Below are positions 46,036-55,204 of a stretch of 64,000 nt of DNA, one piece after another. Under the pieces are notes generated by a model. The model was given only the letters and a program-made list of their open reading frames with translations, did not search any database and was not told where the DNA came from. The stretch's first letter is position 1; every line of letters starts with the position of its first letter. The DNA lies in IMG/VR virus record IMGVR_UViG_3300049491_001102, positions 32,001-96,000 of that record. One strand, given 5' to 3'. This DNA is from a virus. Position numbers and translations under genes: made by a program.

Positions 46036-46749
46036 TTAGAGCTGATCACCACGGCGACGAGGTTGCCGAGCCGGTTCGGCCGAAGTGGTGGCCGTAGGGT
46101 TACCCGCTGGTGGCGGCGAACTTTGGTCTTCGCCCGAAGTTTGGCTTCCAGGGTCTTGATCGTTCTCGCCATCCTCCGGGGTCGCATCCGCAAGCTCTTG
46201 CGCTGCCCGTTTGTCCGTTTGAGGCGTGCGAACCCGTTGCTCTTCCTCCACTTTCGCCCATGCCTTGTCATCCTCAGTTTGAACCGGTGTGCGAGGTGCC
46301 ACACTCGGTTTTGACCGAACAACCGGAGGGGACAAGGGCGGAGTCGAAACGCTATTTTCCAGGTACCCGGCCGGAAGATCCGGCACGGATTCCGCATCGG
46401 GGTCATAGCGCCAAAGCGGTGCTTCTGGTTGATTAACACGACTTTCTACGGGCGCGTAAACCCGCTTATAGAGCTCAGTATCCTTCACGCGAGACGCGGA
46501 CTGATTAGCGAACGGATTCCCCTCTTGGATATCGATAGCACGAGCTTGCTCTTCAGTTACAACATCGAAGATGCGTTTCCCGACTTCATTGCGCTGAAGA
46601 GCTAACAACTGACCGAGTTGGTCAGAAACACTGTACCAGAGGCTCTTCCCTTGAGAAGAGTACCCTTCCACGAACACTTTCCCACCAAAGGTGTAGCGGC
46701 GACTCGTACGGCCATGACGGGGGGAATGAGGTTTGATGCGCGCGAACAT
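46036..46749 (-). CDS. Hypothetical protein with low-complexity C-terminus
   Basis: ORF in the head module; P/E/Q-rich tail. Confidence 0.6.
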   Translation of the reverse strand: MFARIKPHSPRHGRTSRRYTFGGKVFVEGYSSQGKSLWYSVSDQLGQLLALQRNEVGKRIFDVVTEEQARAIDIQEGNPFANQSASRVKDTELYKRVYAPVESRVNQPEAPLWRYDPDAESVPDLPAGYLENSVSTPPLSPPVVRSKPSVAPRTPVQTEDDKAWAKVEEEQRVRTPQTDKRAAQELADATPEDGENDQDPGSQTSGEDQSSPPPAGNPTATTSAEPARQPRRRGDQL

Positions 46750-46776
46750 AAAAAACCGGCAGGGTGTCTGCCGGTT
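46750..46776 (-). terminator. Intrinsic terminator after the capsid/decoration genes
   Basis: AACCGGCAG-ACACC-CTGCCGGTT-TTTT. Confidence 0.8.
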
Positions 46777-46777
46777 C

Positions 46778-46805
46778 ACTGTAACCTGTCTCGAAAGTGT
46801 GTCAA
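46778..46805 (-). promoter_or_regulatory. Sigma70-like promoter abutting the terminator
   Basis: TTGACA-16nt-TACAGT. Confidence 0.6.
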
Positions 46806-46829
46806 TACTGGTCAGTTTCCTGACCCAGA

Positions 46830-47174
46830 TTAGTTCGCTTCGACGTACAGGTGCAAAGTCGACGTGCTCAAGTTCGCGTCCGCTTGAGCAGCGCCGGCGG
46901 CGATCGTGTTCAAGAAGATCGCTTTCGTGGACGGTTTGTAACGCACCAGGTGAGTGATCGCCGTGGGAGCTGCCGTAAGCACTCCATAACCGTGCACGTA
47001 GTTCACGTTCACGGCATGACCAACAACCTTTCGAACAACCGTCTCAATCTCCGAGCCATCTGCAGCGGTATACGCCGCGTCGCCGGGGATAGTGATGTAG
47101 ATCCGAAAAGTCGGGCGCATGGTCGTCTGACCATCTTCACCCTGTACAACTCCAGAAGCTGGGATAAGTGCCAT
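46830..47174 (-). CDS. Putative capsid decoration protein
   Basis: Small beta-rich protein right after the MCP with SD GGAG. Confidence 0.55.
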   Translation of the reverse strand: MALIPASGVVQGEDGQTTMRPTFRIYITIPGDAAYTAADGSEIETVVRKVVGHAVNVNYVHGYGVLTAAPTAITHLVRYKPSTKAIFLNTIAAGAAQADANLSTSTLHLYVEAN

Positions 47175-47239
47175 TGTTTGTTCTCCGGTACAAAAGTTGA
47201 ACTTTGCCCGCTAAGCGGGCACGAGCTGCCTAGTTTAGG

Positions 47240-48187
47240 CTACCCAACCTTGATGCCAGTTGCCTTCACAACGGCGGGTTCGTGGGCGTATTTGACGTCA
47301 AAGCGAACCGACGTCACAATGATGAGCTCACTAGCGGTGATATCCTTGTCGGTTTCCATCGTGATCTTGCGTTGAAAGCCGAGCACGATGTTCTTGGGGT
47401 CCAGCAAGAGCGCGTAGGACTCATCATTCCCGGAACCAAGGTTCTCCGGGAACATCGGCACGTCGATGACCTTCATGCCGTTGTAGTTGATGTTGTTCAG
47501 CGAAGCTGCGTAAGCACCCAAAGCTTGGTCGCCCACATCGGTAGCGCGATTGGCCACTGAATCGCGATAGTCGATTTCTGCCTGGTTCGACACCAAGTAG
47601 AGCATCCGCGATCGGTCCATGAACTCGCTCGGCATCGTCTTCTGCATGTCGCGAAGCGTGTTCTTGTCGAGCGACACACCGCCGGCAGCCACAACGTTGG
47701 ACGCAGCCTGCTTAACGATGCCATCCAACTCTGCAAGGTCCGGGTCCGCCGAAGTGGTGTCACCCTGGATGACGATCTCATCCATGTCCCGTGCGACCGC
47801 GCCGGAAGCCGTCTCCATGACCGTGTTGACCAAGCCACCGCGCTCGATTTGGTCCTCCAACACTTCATTGCCAAGGCGAATCTCCGCCTTGAACAAATGA
47901 GTGGTCAAGGTGACCTTCCCCAGCGTGGGTTTGGCCCGCTGATTGCTCGACAACGCAACTTGGGGTTTCGCCGCGTGCAAGATGCGGGTCGGGAAATAGA
48001 GCTTGTCGATTTCCGCCGTCGGGCCCGACATCGTCTGCACGGAAATCAATGGCAAAACTTTTGCCTGCTTGATCGTAATGCGCAAAAAGTTTGCTGCTTG
48101 CTGTGCAACGAGCAAACCGCCGGAAGTCAAATCAGACAGTGCAAGGTCTGCTTTTTCAAGGAGAGCTTTATTCTGGAGAGTGGCCAT
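47240..48187 (-). CDS. Major capsid protein (HK97 fold, P2/XkdG-like)
   Basis: GGLLVAQQAANF, EVLEDQIE, ARDMDEIVIQGDT, LDGIVK, LDPKNIVLG; SD AAGGA. Confidence 0.93.
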   Translation of the reverse strand: MATLQNKALLEKADLALSDLTSGGLLVAQQAANFLRITIKQAKVLPLISVQTMSGPTAEIDKLYFPTRILHAAKPQVALSSNQRAKPTLGKVTLTTHLFKAEIRLGNEVLEDQIERGGLVNTVMETASGAVARDMDEIVIQGDTTSADPDLAELDGIVKQAASNVVAAGGVSLDKNTLRDMQKTMPSEFMDRSRMLYLVSNQAEIDYRDSVANRATDVGDQALGAYAASLNNINYNGMKVIDVPMFPENLGSGNDESYALLLDPKNIVLGFQRKITMETDKDITASELIIVTSVRFDVKYAHEPAVVKATGIKVG

Positions 48188-48230
48188 GTGTTGTCCTTAG
48201 TATGAACGGAACTGTGACTTTTGTTGACGA

Positions 48231-48809
48231 TTACAGGCTCGACTTGCGGTCAAATTCCGCCCATGGATCTTTCGTTGCTTCCCCAGTAGCGGCCTGCTCA
48301 TCCTTAGCAACGTTAGAAGTTGCTGTACTGGGTGTGACATGCATTTTTGCAACTTGAGCCAATGTTTCAAGTGCAGCGGTAATCTGTTGAGTTGGGACCA
48401 CGTTCGATGCTTTCGTCACCACTAAAGCACCCAAACCGGCACCCTTAGCAACATCTTCCATTGGAGGAGTAACGGCTGGTTCCTGCGGTGGTGTTTGTGC
48501 TGCCGGAGGTTCAGCAGCCGCGGGAGTTGGCGCTTCATCCCCATCCTTCAGCAGGAGGTTCAAAATAGCCGTTTTTTCCCGCAAGGCTTTCAAGCCTTCA
48601 GGAGTAGACGCGTCGAGTTTTTGGAGCTCGGCGACTACCACTGCAATACCTTCTGCTGATTCTTTGCCCTTCAATAGTTTTCCGCGCATATCTGCCTTTA
48701 CAACCAAGAATTCGCGCTTGTTCGCGGCGGCCGTCACCAGCGACACCTCATGAACCGTTAGGTCCTCAAGTCGATGTGTGGCATCAGCATTTCCCTTGGC
48801 CGTTTTCAT
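48231..48809 (-). CDS. Scaffold-like protein with protease-type EVSLV..AN motif
   Basis: RLEDLTVHEVSLVTAAANKREFLVVK followed by Pro/Ala-rich linker; directly upstream of the MCP. Confidence 0.7.
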   Translation of the reverse strand: MKTAKGNADATHRLEDLTVHEVSLVTAAANKREFLVVKADMRGKLLKGKESAEGIAVVVAELQKLDASTPEGLKALREKTAILNLLLKDGDEAPTPAAAEPPAAQTPPQEPAVTPPMEDVAKGAGLGALVVTKASNVVPTQQITAALETLAQVAKMHVTPSTATSNVAKDEQAATGEATKDPWAEFDRKSSL

Positions 48810-48842
48810 ATACCTCAAAGGTAGAGCAACTAGTGCGGCCAA

Positions 48843-50774
48843 TCAATTCTTTTCGATAGCGACTCGTTCAGCATACCCACCGAACGAGAACCCAGTAATG
48901 GCCCCGGACTTCACCGCAAGCCACAGATCATCGTCGAGAACACGCACGGCCATTAGCCACGATCCTTTTTTGACGTAACCGGCATCGCCGGGCGCACCCT
49001 CGTCAACTTTTGCAATGTAGGATTCGACGATCTTAACTTGAGAATTGATGAACTGCTTATGTTGCAGTCCGATATTCCGGAAGTCTTCTAGAAACCCATA
49101 AGCTGCTTTCTTCACTTCAGCAGCACTCTGGGTATCACCCTGGGTATCGGTTTCTTCCGGCTCGGCGACTACTCCCAACACGTATCGCTCGTCATTTTCC
49201 GCTTTTAGGACAACACGAACTTTTTCGGTCGCCTTATTCATCCTGTTCAGGACTGGATTCTCGGCCGGTGTTGGAACTGCCAGAATACCAAGCCGCGATT
49301 TAGCGATAGGAGTTGCACTCTCTTGATAAACGGGGAGCAAAACCTCGTGACCGAAATCAACGTTTGTAGCGAATAACCGATCGAATGCTCCGGCATCGTT
49401 AATCTTGAACAATCGCCCGATGCTACCAAGTGAAGCACGATTTTCGGCTGAATCATCAGCACCAATCACAAACTTTGATTTGGCCACAACAGCACAAACA
49501 TCCGCCAGCTCATCTTGACTGGGGACATCCATCAACATCAACACATTGGATTTGCGGAAGATCGCTGCTTCTGCCCGCCAATCTTCTTCTGCAAATGGGC
49601 TCACAACCGGGATGTCTCGTGGCAGGCAATCGGTGAGTTTAGAAATCCAGGTTGGAATCCCAGCCGATGTGGTCTCATCCGGTAGAAACTCGTAAACAGC
49701 TTTGTCTACGGTAACAAGTACGAGCTCCTTACCAACAGGTTGGAAACCCATTTCCTCGTTTGTCGCGAACCCGCTCTCGACGAGCCAATCAAGTGCCTTT
49801 TGTGCTCGCTCGCGATCTTCCATCTCCCAGTAGCGAACGGCCACTGGAATCTGTTTTTCTACGCCGAATGGCAATCCGGAGATTCCTTTTGGGGGGACCC
49901 GATTCTTGGTGCAGAGGGCAAGAGGAGTGGACAAAGCAACTTTGCACACCCAGCCTGCAGCCGTTGGCGTCAACTCCAATCGTTGGGTAAAAACCTCGGA
50001 CTCAGCGAAGAGCTCGACTCGATCTGGTGTCACCACACCAGCGGACAAAGAGCACTTGCTCACCAAGGTGCCAACCCCCGGCGCCGCTTTCCCCACTGGG
50101 ATTGGTCCTGCGCAAAACACCTCAGGCGTCCATGATGCCACCGCCTTTTGGAGGTCGACTTTGCCTTCAAAGTCTTTTTTCACTACCGCGGCAAGCGTGA
50201 GCGACGAATCACCAAAATCGAAATGCAGTCCTTCTTTGCTGAGTCGCAGCTCGCAAGTCCGCCCGCTCTTCGTGATCGCGGCGAGGACCGAAGCCGGCGG
50301 CGACTTAGCCTCAGCATCTTCGGTTGCAGTTTCGAACATAAGCTCATAGATGTCTTTCGACGTTAATGAGCGAAGTATTTCTCCATTGTACACAAGCGTG
50401 TGCGAATGGACGCCGTCAAAAGCGGTTGACGTTGGCTGCGGTTGATGCCCATGAGTGCCATCAACCGATGTCCATTGCGTTGTCCCGTCTGGATACGTAA
50501 CTTTGTGCGTGTGCTCGCCGCTCCACCAGATGTAAAATTCGGAACTGTAGTTATCGAGCCAATGCTGGTGCTCGCCACCCTCTTCTGTGACGATCACTGT
50601 ACCGTCGGGTAGTTGGAATTTGTGCGTGTGGGCACCATCCTTTTGCGTTTTACCGGCTTCCACGTCCAACAAGTGGACATGAATGCCATCTTCAGCAGTA
50701 CCCGACGGAAGTGACTTAGCTAGCTTTTGGCTCACGGTTGAAGTCTCCTGTACCCCAGGGATCTTTACCATCAT
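48843..50774 (-). CDS. XkdF-like prohead protease with long N-terminal extension (His-rich repeats)
   Basis: C-term YVLGVVAEPEETDTQGD...KAAYGF...GLQH...IVESY...KGSWL...W..VKSGAITGFSFGG. Confidence 0.85.
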   Translation of the reverse strand: MMVKIPGVQETSTVSQKLAKSLPSGTAEDGIHVHLLDVEAGKTQKDGAHTHKFQLPDGTVIVTEEGGEHQHWLDNYSSEFYIWWSGEHTHKVTYPDGTTQWTSVDGTHGHQPQPTSTAFDGVHSHTLVYNGEILRSLTSKDIYELMFETATEDAEAKSPPASVLAAITKSGRTCELRLSKEGLHFDFGDSSLTLAAVVKKDFEGKVDLQKAVASWTPEVFCAGPIPVGKAAPGVGTLVSKCSLSAGVVTPDRVELFAESEVFTQRLELTPTAAGWVCKVALSTPLALCTKNRVPPKGISGLPFGVEKQIPVAVRYWEMEDRERAQKALDWLVESGFATNEEMGFQPVGKELVLVTVDKAVYEFLPDETTSAGIPTWISKLTDCLPRDIPVVSPFAEEDWRAEAAIFRKSNVLMLMDVPSQDELADVCAVVAKSKFVIGADDSAENRASLGSIGRLFKINDAGAFDRLFATNVDFGHEVLLPVYQESATPIAKSRLGILAVPTPAENPVLNRMNKATEKVRVVLKAENDERYVLGVVAEPEETDTQGDTQSAAEVKKAAYGFLEDFRNIGLQHKQFINSQVKIVESYIAKVDEGAPGDAGYVKKGSWLMAVRVLDDDLWLAVKSGAITGFSFGGYAERVAIEKN

Positions 50775-51144
50775 TTTTGACGACTGGCAGATTGTCGCTG
50801 AAGTTCGTCACTGGCGTAGCGCTGCGAGCTTCAATGACCTTGCGGGTCATTGACGACCATGCGGTCATCGATTCTACGGACATTGGCCCGGTCAACATGG
50901 GGAAGCGGAAGGAGGAATTGTCGCTCCACGACCCGCTATCCGCGAGAAGTTTGGTGACCTCGACGACTTCGCGAATCGCCTTGAGCTGCACGATTTGGTC
51001 GCGGGTCATCATCTTTTCGGTTTCGACCAAAGCAGCTTTCAAGGTGGATTCGAACCCATCTGGCGTGAGCTCTTTCGTCAGCCCGTCGGTGAGCTGGGTA
51101 ACATGAGTATCGATTTTTTGGAGGGTGCTGACGTAGTCAATCAT
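50716..51144 (-). CDS. Hypothetical protein
   Basis: Co-oriented ORF in the head module. Confidence 0.55.
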   Translation of the reverse strand: MIDYVSTLQKIDTHVTQLTDGLTKELTPDGFESTLKAALVETEKMMTRDQIVQLKAIREVVEVTKLLADSGSWSDNSSFRFPMLTGPMSVESMTAWSSMTRKVIEARSATPVTNFSDNLPVVKNDGKDPWGTGDFNREPKAS

Positions 51145-51148
51145 AATT

Positions 51149-51460
51149 TCACCGTGCAAACCAACCGTTACGTTTTGACACTTGGTGTTCCAACTTGTCC
51201 AAAGCAGCTTTTAAGACTTCGAACATTTGGTCACAAGCTCTTTGGAAACTGAACCCGTGGTCATTTCTCAGACGCTTAAACGCCATATAGCAGATATTCG
51301 TGCGCCGCTTGTGCTCCGCTGCCGTTTGATGCCGCATTGGATGCGTCTCAAATGACTCGGTGACGTCGCGAGCAATAGCGGCGATCAAAATCTTCTGCTT
51401 GGTGCCATCGGACATGTCGACGGTCGACGATGGGACAAGGACTGACGGGGTACCGGTCAT
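51149..51460 (-). CDS. Hypothetical protein
   Basis: Co-oriented ORF in the head module. Confidence 0.55.
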   Translation of the reverse strand: MTGTPSVLVPSSTVDMSDGTKQKILIAAIARDVTESFETHPMRHQTAAEHKRRTNICYMAFKRLRNDHGFSFQRACDQMFEVLKAALDKLEHQVSKRNGWFAR

Positions 51461-51483
51461 TTATGACCCCGAGAATAGCGCGC

Positions 51484-52641
51484 CTAGAAGTCAACCTCAA
51501 CCGTACTGCGACAGAACCCGTGAAGGGGCGGCATCATAATGCCGGCAGACGCTAGAGAAGCGGATGACGCCAATTTTACGTAATCACCAGCGTCATCGAT
51601 GTTCCCAACACCTGATCGTCCAATAACACCAACTTGGAACTCACTTCCGTCCAGGTACTTAACATACATTTCAGTTGTACCATCTGCCAAAGGTCTATTT
51701 CTAACCCATGGTAAGATGTCTTTTACCGCATCATGCGTGTACCCAGACGCCATATCCACTTGATTAAACTTCTGGAGAGCGACACTAACTTCCCAGACTT
51801 TCCCGTGGAGCGCACGACATATATCAGTCGTCCTCTCATCCATTACTGCTACAAAGCGATAGTGAGTGAACCCTGCCTCTTTGAACGTTACTAATTGAGT
51901 ATTTGTCCGCGCACGATTCATCGTGGCGTAAGAGTATATTCCCCAGTAAGACTTTGGTTTATCTATGCCCGCCAACGTAGCGGCTTTAACCAAGTCTTCT
52001 GTAATATACTCTGCGCGCAAACCGGACTGAAGTCCATCAGCTACTATTTTACGCGCTGTAGAGGAAAACGCAGTAGAATGGCGTTTATACTCATCCGTTA
52101 CATAAATAGACTGCGAACGCAAAATGTTGTTTGCGATCCCAGGATGCTGAGCATCAAAACTCGCGGTCACCCCAGCGCCCGGTGTGCCGAACAATCCCCC
52201 GAGCACACCGCCGCCACCTGACGATCCTCCGCCACCAAATCCAAGAACTCCTGGTGTTGAGGGTAAGCGATCACTCGTAGCCTGGGCAGTTCCATTGATG
52301 AGGTCCGCCAACGAAGCAGCCGTTGGCGCACGCACAAGGTCAGCTACCTCAACACCTGCAGCCGTAAAAAGCTTGGACACCGCAAGAATCACGGCCGCAA
52401 CTTGGTCCAACGACATGTTGGTCCAGTTCACATCAAGCATTTGCACCGCGCGGTCGACCGTACGCTGATCGATAGGCGCTGATGCTTCGCTCAAATCCTC
52501 AGCGAACTGTTCTGCGACCAGAACAAAATCGTCGGGTTTTGTGGGGTCGTCGGCTTTCCCAACTTTCCCATAAGCTCGCAAGATTCGAGCAGCTCCTTTT
52601 GCTGTTCGGTGTGCGTGCGTGCAACTACAGCTCGGATTCAT
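51484..52641 (-). CDS. Head morphogenesis protein (SPP1 gp7/MuF)
   Basis: YRFVAVMDERTTDICRALHGK and C-terminal PPLHGFCRS. Confidence 0.88.
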   Translation of the reverse strand: MNPSCSCTHAHRTAKGAARILRAYGKVGKADDPTKPDDFVLVAEQFAEDLSEASAPIDQRTVDRAVQMLDVNWTNMSLDQVAAVILAVSKLFTAAGVEVADLVRAPTAASLADLINGTAQATSDRLPSTPGVLGFGGGGSSGGGGVLGGLFGTPGAGVTASFDAQHPGIANNILRSQSIYVTDEYKRHSTAFSSTARKIVADGLQSGLRAEYITEDLVKAATLAGIDKPKSYWGIYSYATMNRARTNTQLVTFKEAGFTHYRFVAVMDERTTDICRALHGKVWEVSVALQKFNQVDMASGYTHDAVKDILPWVRNRPLADGTTEMYVKYLDGSEFQVGVIGRSGVGNIDDAGDYVKLASSASLASAGIMMPPLHGFCRSTVEVDF

Positions 52642-54610
52642 TGGCAGTTTCCTTGCGTGATGCAAAAACACCTCCCGCAAGTTTGACTGCCCGCGCTCGG
52701 CTATGCGTTTCAACCTGTTCTAGCAGATCGAAAAACTTGGTAAACGCCGCTTTATTGACGTCCATCATTTCTTCCGACTCCGGTGTCGCTTCTTCCTGTG
52801 GGTCTTTGGACGGCGGCAACACTCCTTGGGCTTGGTCATTGGCCCCACCCGTTGCCGCCTTGCGCGAGTTCATGCGCAACACCTCCAAGGGGATGTCGAG
52901 GTTCTCCTCGGTGTCCGGTTTTTGGAACGTGGTCTGGAACACATCCTCGGACAACCGACGCAGTTCGGGAATCGTCAAGAAGCCGCGAGCGGCTGCATGG
53001 TCGATGAAAGTCGACATCAACTCTTTGTTGGTGTTCTTCGGCGCAAGCGTTTTGAACGAGTAGAAGCGAACACCCATCGCCTCGAACAAGACATCGTTCA
53101 TGAACCAATCAAAGTCCTCCCGCATCGGGCTGTAGACTTGGTTGTCGGCAATCTGCATCGCTGCGTCCGCCGTCGCGCGATTGAAGTCTTGCGTGTTTGC
53201 TCGGGCAATTCGCGGGTTGCGAAATACGGAGCCGATGCCATCGTCGTTGCGCTCCATGTACTTCATAAATTGCCCGTCGTCTGGGATGTAGTGCTGCAAC
53301 GGCTTGATCTCGATGGTGACCTTGCCGTTGGTGATTCCCATGGGGTTGGATGATTCAGCCTCCAAAATCAGCACTTTGTGGAAGTTCCGTTTTCCCCGAA
53401 CTTCGTTTCGGATGAAATCGCGAAGGCGGTCAACGTCACCCGTCGCCAAGCGTCCTCCCGACACCAAGATGGCCATGGGCGGAATGGATTTGTTCTCGAA
53501 GAACGCGAGGTTGATCTCCTCGGCGTATCGATTCCCAAGGACGGCCAAGAGTTCCGATATCCAGCGAGGAATACCGTATGGTGTCGTCGCAGACTTAATC
53601 CGAAAGTGATAGACCTCCGTAGCGACAAGTGATGGATTTTTGCTCTTATTATCCTTCTCGATGGTTTCGAGCTCTTCAACGCTTTTGTACGGTCGTCCGG
53701 TAACTGACGATATAACCCTGGGGTCTCCGAACTCTTTGAAGTAGCACTTCTTCCCCTTGAGTATCTGAATGTACGTCCGAAATTTTCGCGTTCTTGTAAC
53801 TGTAATTGAGTTCAAAGGGTCAATTCGCATAACCTGCTGAATCGGTATTTCTTCCTTTGATAACTCACATAGACGCATTGTCTGCGCCTGCATGTAACGA
53901 ATCTCGTTTGGGACATTGTTTCCGTTACGCAATATCTCCCAATACGCGTTTCCTACAGCTTCTAAATCACGCGTTCTTTCTTTACGTAGTGACTTGAACG
54001 AATCAGTAAGTGAACAATACCGAATAAATAGATCTATGTTTTGTTTCTCGATCACCATCAATTGCCGCAGAGAATCGATGGTTGACAGAATGTCATCTTC
54101 GGTAACTCCAAACTCACTACTAATGGCAAGAGCCTCGGTTAGATCAGTGTCTTCCTCGTCTTGCTTCTCTTCTGCCTTCTTTAGCAGCGTCTGCGCCGTT
54201 TTCTTGAGCCTAGATGTCAAAGCTTCAATAGACTCAGTTTTAAGTCTCTCACGAAGTTTTTGAGCCACAATAGCGGTGGCAACCCGTGATTTAACATCCG
54301 GCTTATTGAGGTCAATAATTGGCTGTAGAACGTAATCGCCGCCATCGATATTCTGCTCATAGATATCGATGTTCGTTCGCAGCGAACCGCTCATATCGTA
54401 AAGACCAAACAAGCTAGTTTGGTCAAATGGTGGTTCCAGTGCTTTCGCATCTGCAAAAAGCTTCGCCAACTCCGGGTCATCACGGACAGATCGTGTCTCG
54501 TTAAACCCAAAGTCGATAAAATGTGTCTTTATGACTGGAACGTGGTCTCTGGCTTCTTTCTTGGTTGGGGCGGCGTATGTGATCTCTTCTTCATTATTCG
54601 TGGTCGCCAA
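52625..54610 (-). CDS. Portal protein (PBSX-like)
   Basis: LEPPFD, DLEAVGNAYWEILRN, YFKEFGD, EVYHF, YGIPRW, FFENKSIP, FNRATA. Confidence 0.9.
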   Translation of the reverse strand: MATTNNEEEITYAAPTKKEARDHVPVIKTHFIDFGFNETRSVRDDPELAKLFADAKALEPPFDQTSLFGLYDMSGSLRTNIDIYEQNIDGGDYVLQPIIDLNKPDVKSRVATAIVAQKLRERLKTESIEALTSRLKKTAQTLLKKAEEKQDEEDTDLTEALAISSEFGVTEDDILSTIDSLRQLMVIEKQNIDLFIRYCSLTDSFKSLRKERTRDLEAVGNAYWEILRNGNNVPNEIRYMQAQTMRLCELSKEEIPIQQVMRIDPLNSITVTRTRKFRTYIQILKGKKCYFKEFGDPRVISSVTGRPYKSVEELETIEKDNKSKNPSLVATEVYHFRIKSATTPYGIPRWISELLAVLGNRYAEEINLAFFENKSIPPMAILVSGGRLATGDVDRLRDFIRNEVRGKRNFHKVLILEAESSNPMGITNGKVTIEIKPLQHYIPDDGQFMKYMERNDDGIGSVFRNPRIARANTQDFNRATADAAMQIADNQVYSPMREDFDWFMNDVLFEAMGVRFYSFKTLAPKNTNKELMSTFIDHAAARGFLTIPELRRLSEDVFQTTFQKPDTEENLDIPLEVLRMNSRKAATGGANDQAQGVLPPSKDPQEEATPESEEMMDVNKAAFTKFFDLLEQVETHSRARAVKLAGGVFASRKETANESEL

Positions 54611-54920
54611 CTGTGTACCCTCCCAATGCGGCCTGCATTAAGTTTGCGGCTCCAGCAGTTCCTACTACAAGGCGCATGGCTCTCCAGAACTCAGGAACCT
54701 CCACAATCGTTGCCGAGGTGACCGCAGAACCAATGTTCACGAAATTCGTACCATCGACGGTGCCTTGCAAGGTCACACTCCAACCCACAAATGTTCCCGA
54801 GAACTGAACGCGTTTTGAAGTGATATGCGAAGTCCGCTTTGCCGGGCCATTCCCCGTGGTTGGTGCACCACCGGAAAGGGGGACTTCGAATTTCATGGAG
54901 TTTTTCAATAATTCGCGCAT
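54594..54920 (-). CDS. Small beta-sandwich protein
   Basis: VQFSGTF...VTLQGTVDGTNF pattern common in small virion proteins. Confidence 0.55.
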   Translation of the reverse strand: MRELLKNSMKFEVPLSGGAPTTGNGPAKRTSHITSKRVQFSGTFVGWSVTLQGTVDGTNFVNIGSAVTSATIVEVPEFWRAMRLVVGTAGAANLMQAALGGYTVGDHE

Positions 54921-55204
54921 TACGTAGCCTTTCCCGTAACATAGACATTAATGCCACTCGGTGTCATATTAGCCGACCGAATGGTATAACCCATGTTCAT
55001 AACTTTGGACTTCGCTTCAGCCAGCGCTTTATCAGCCCCAATACAAGTTACAGAAAACCGTGTGAAGGCTTTTAGTGCGCTTTTGTTGTCTTTCTGTGAC
55101 AATATTCGGCGCGCAACTTCTTGGGGAGTAGAGTTTGGAGCGAGAAATACAGACACTGGATAGCTGGTTTCTCGTGCTGCAGACACTGTTTTGAAGCTAC
55201 TCAT
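54920..55204 (-). CDS. Hypothetical protein
   Basis: ATG 55204 with AAGGA SD. Confidence 0.55.
   Translation of the reverse strand: MSSFKTVSAARETSYPVSVFLAPNSTPQEVARRILSQKDNKSALKAFTRFSVTCIGADKALAEAKSKVMNMGYTIRSANMTPSGINVYVTGKAT

Noticed and set aside
47185-47240. ncRNA between the MCP and decoration genes
   Set aside because: Only short hairpins (GCCCGC-TTA-GCGGGC and others), adequately explained as mRNA stability or attenuation elements
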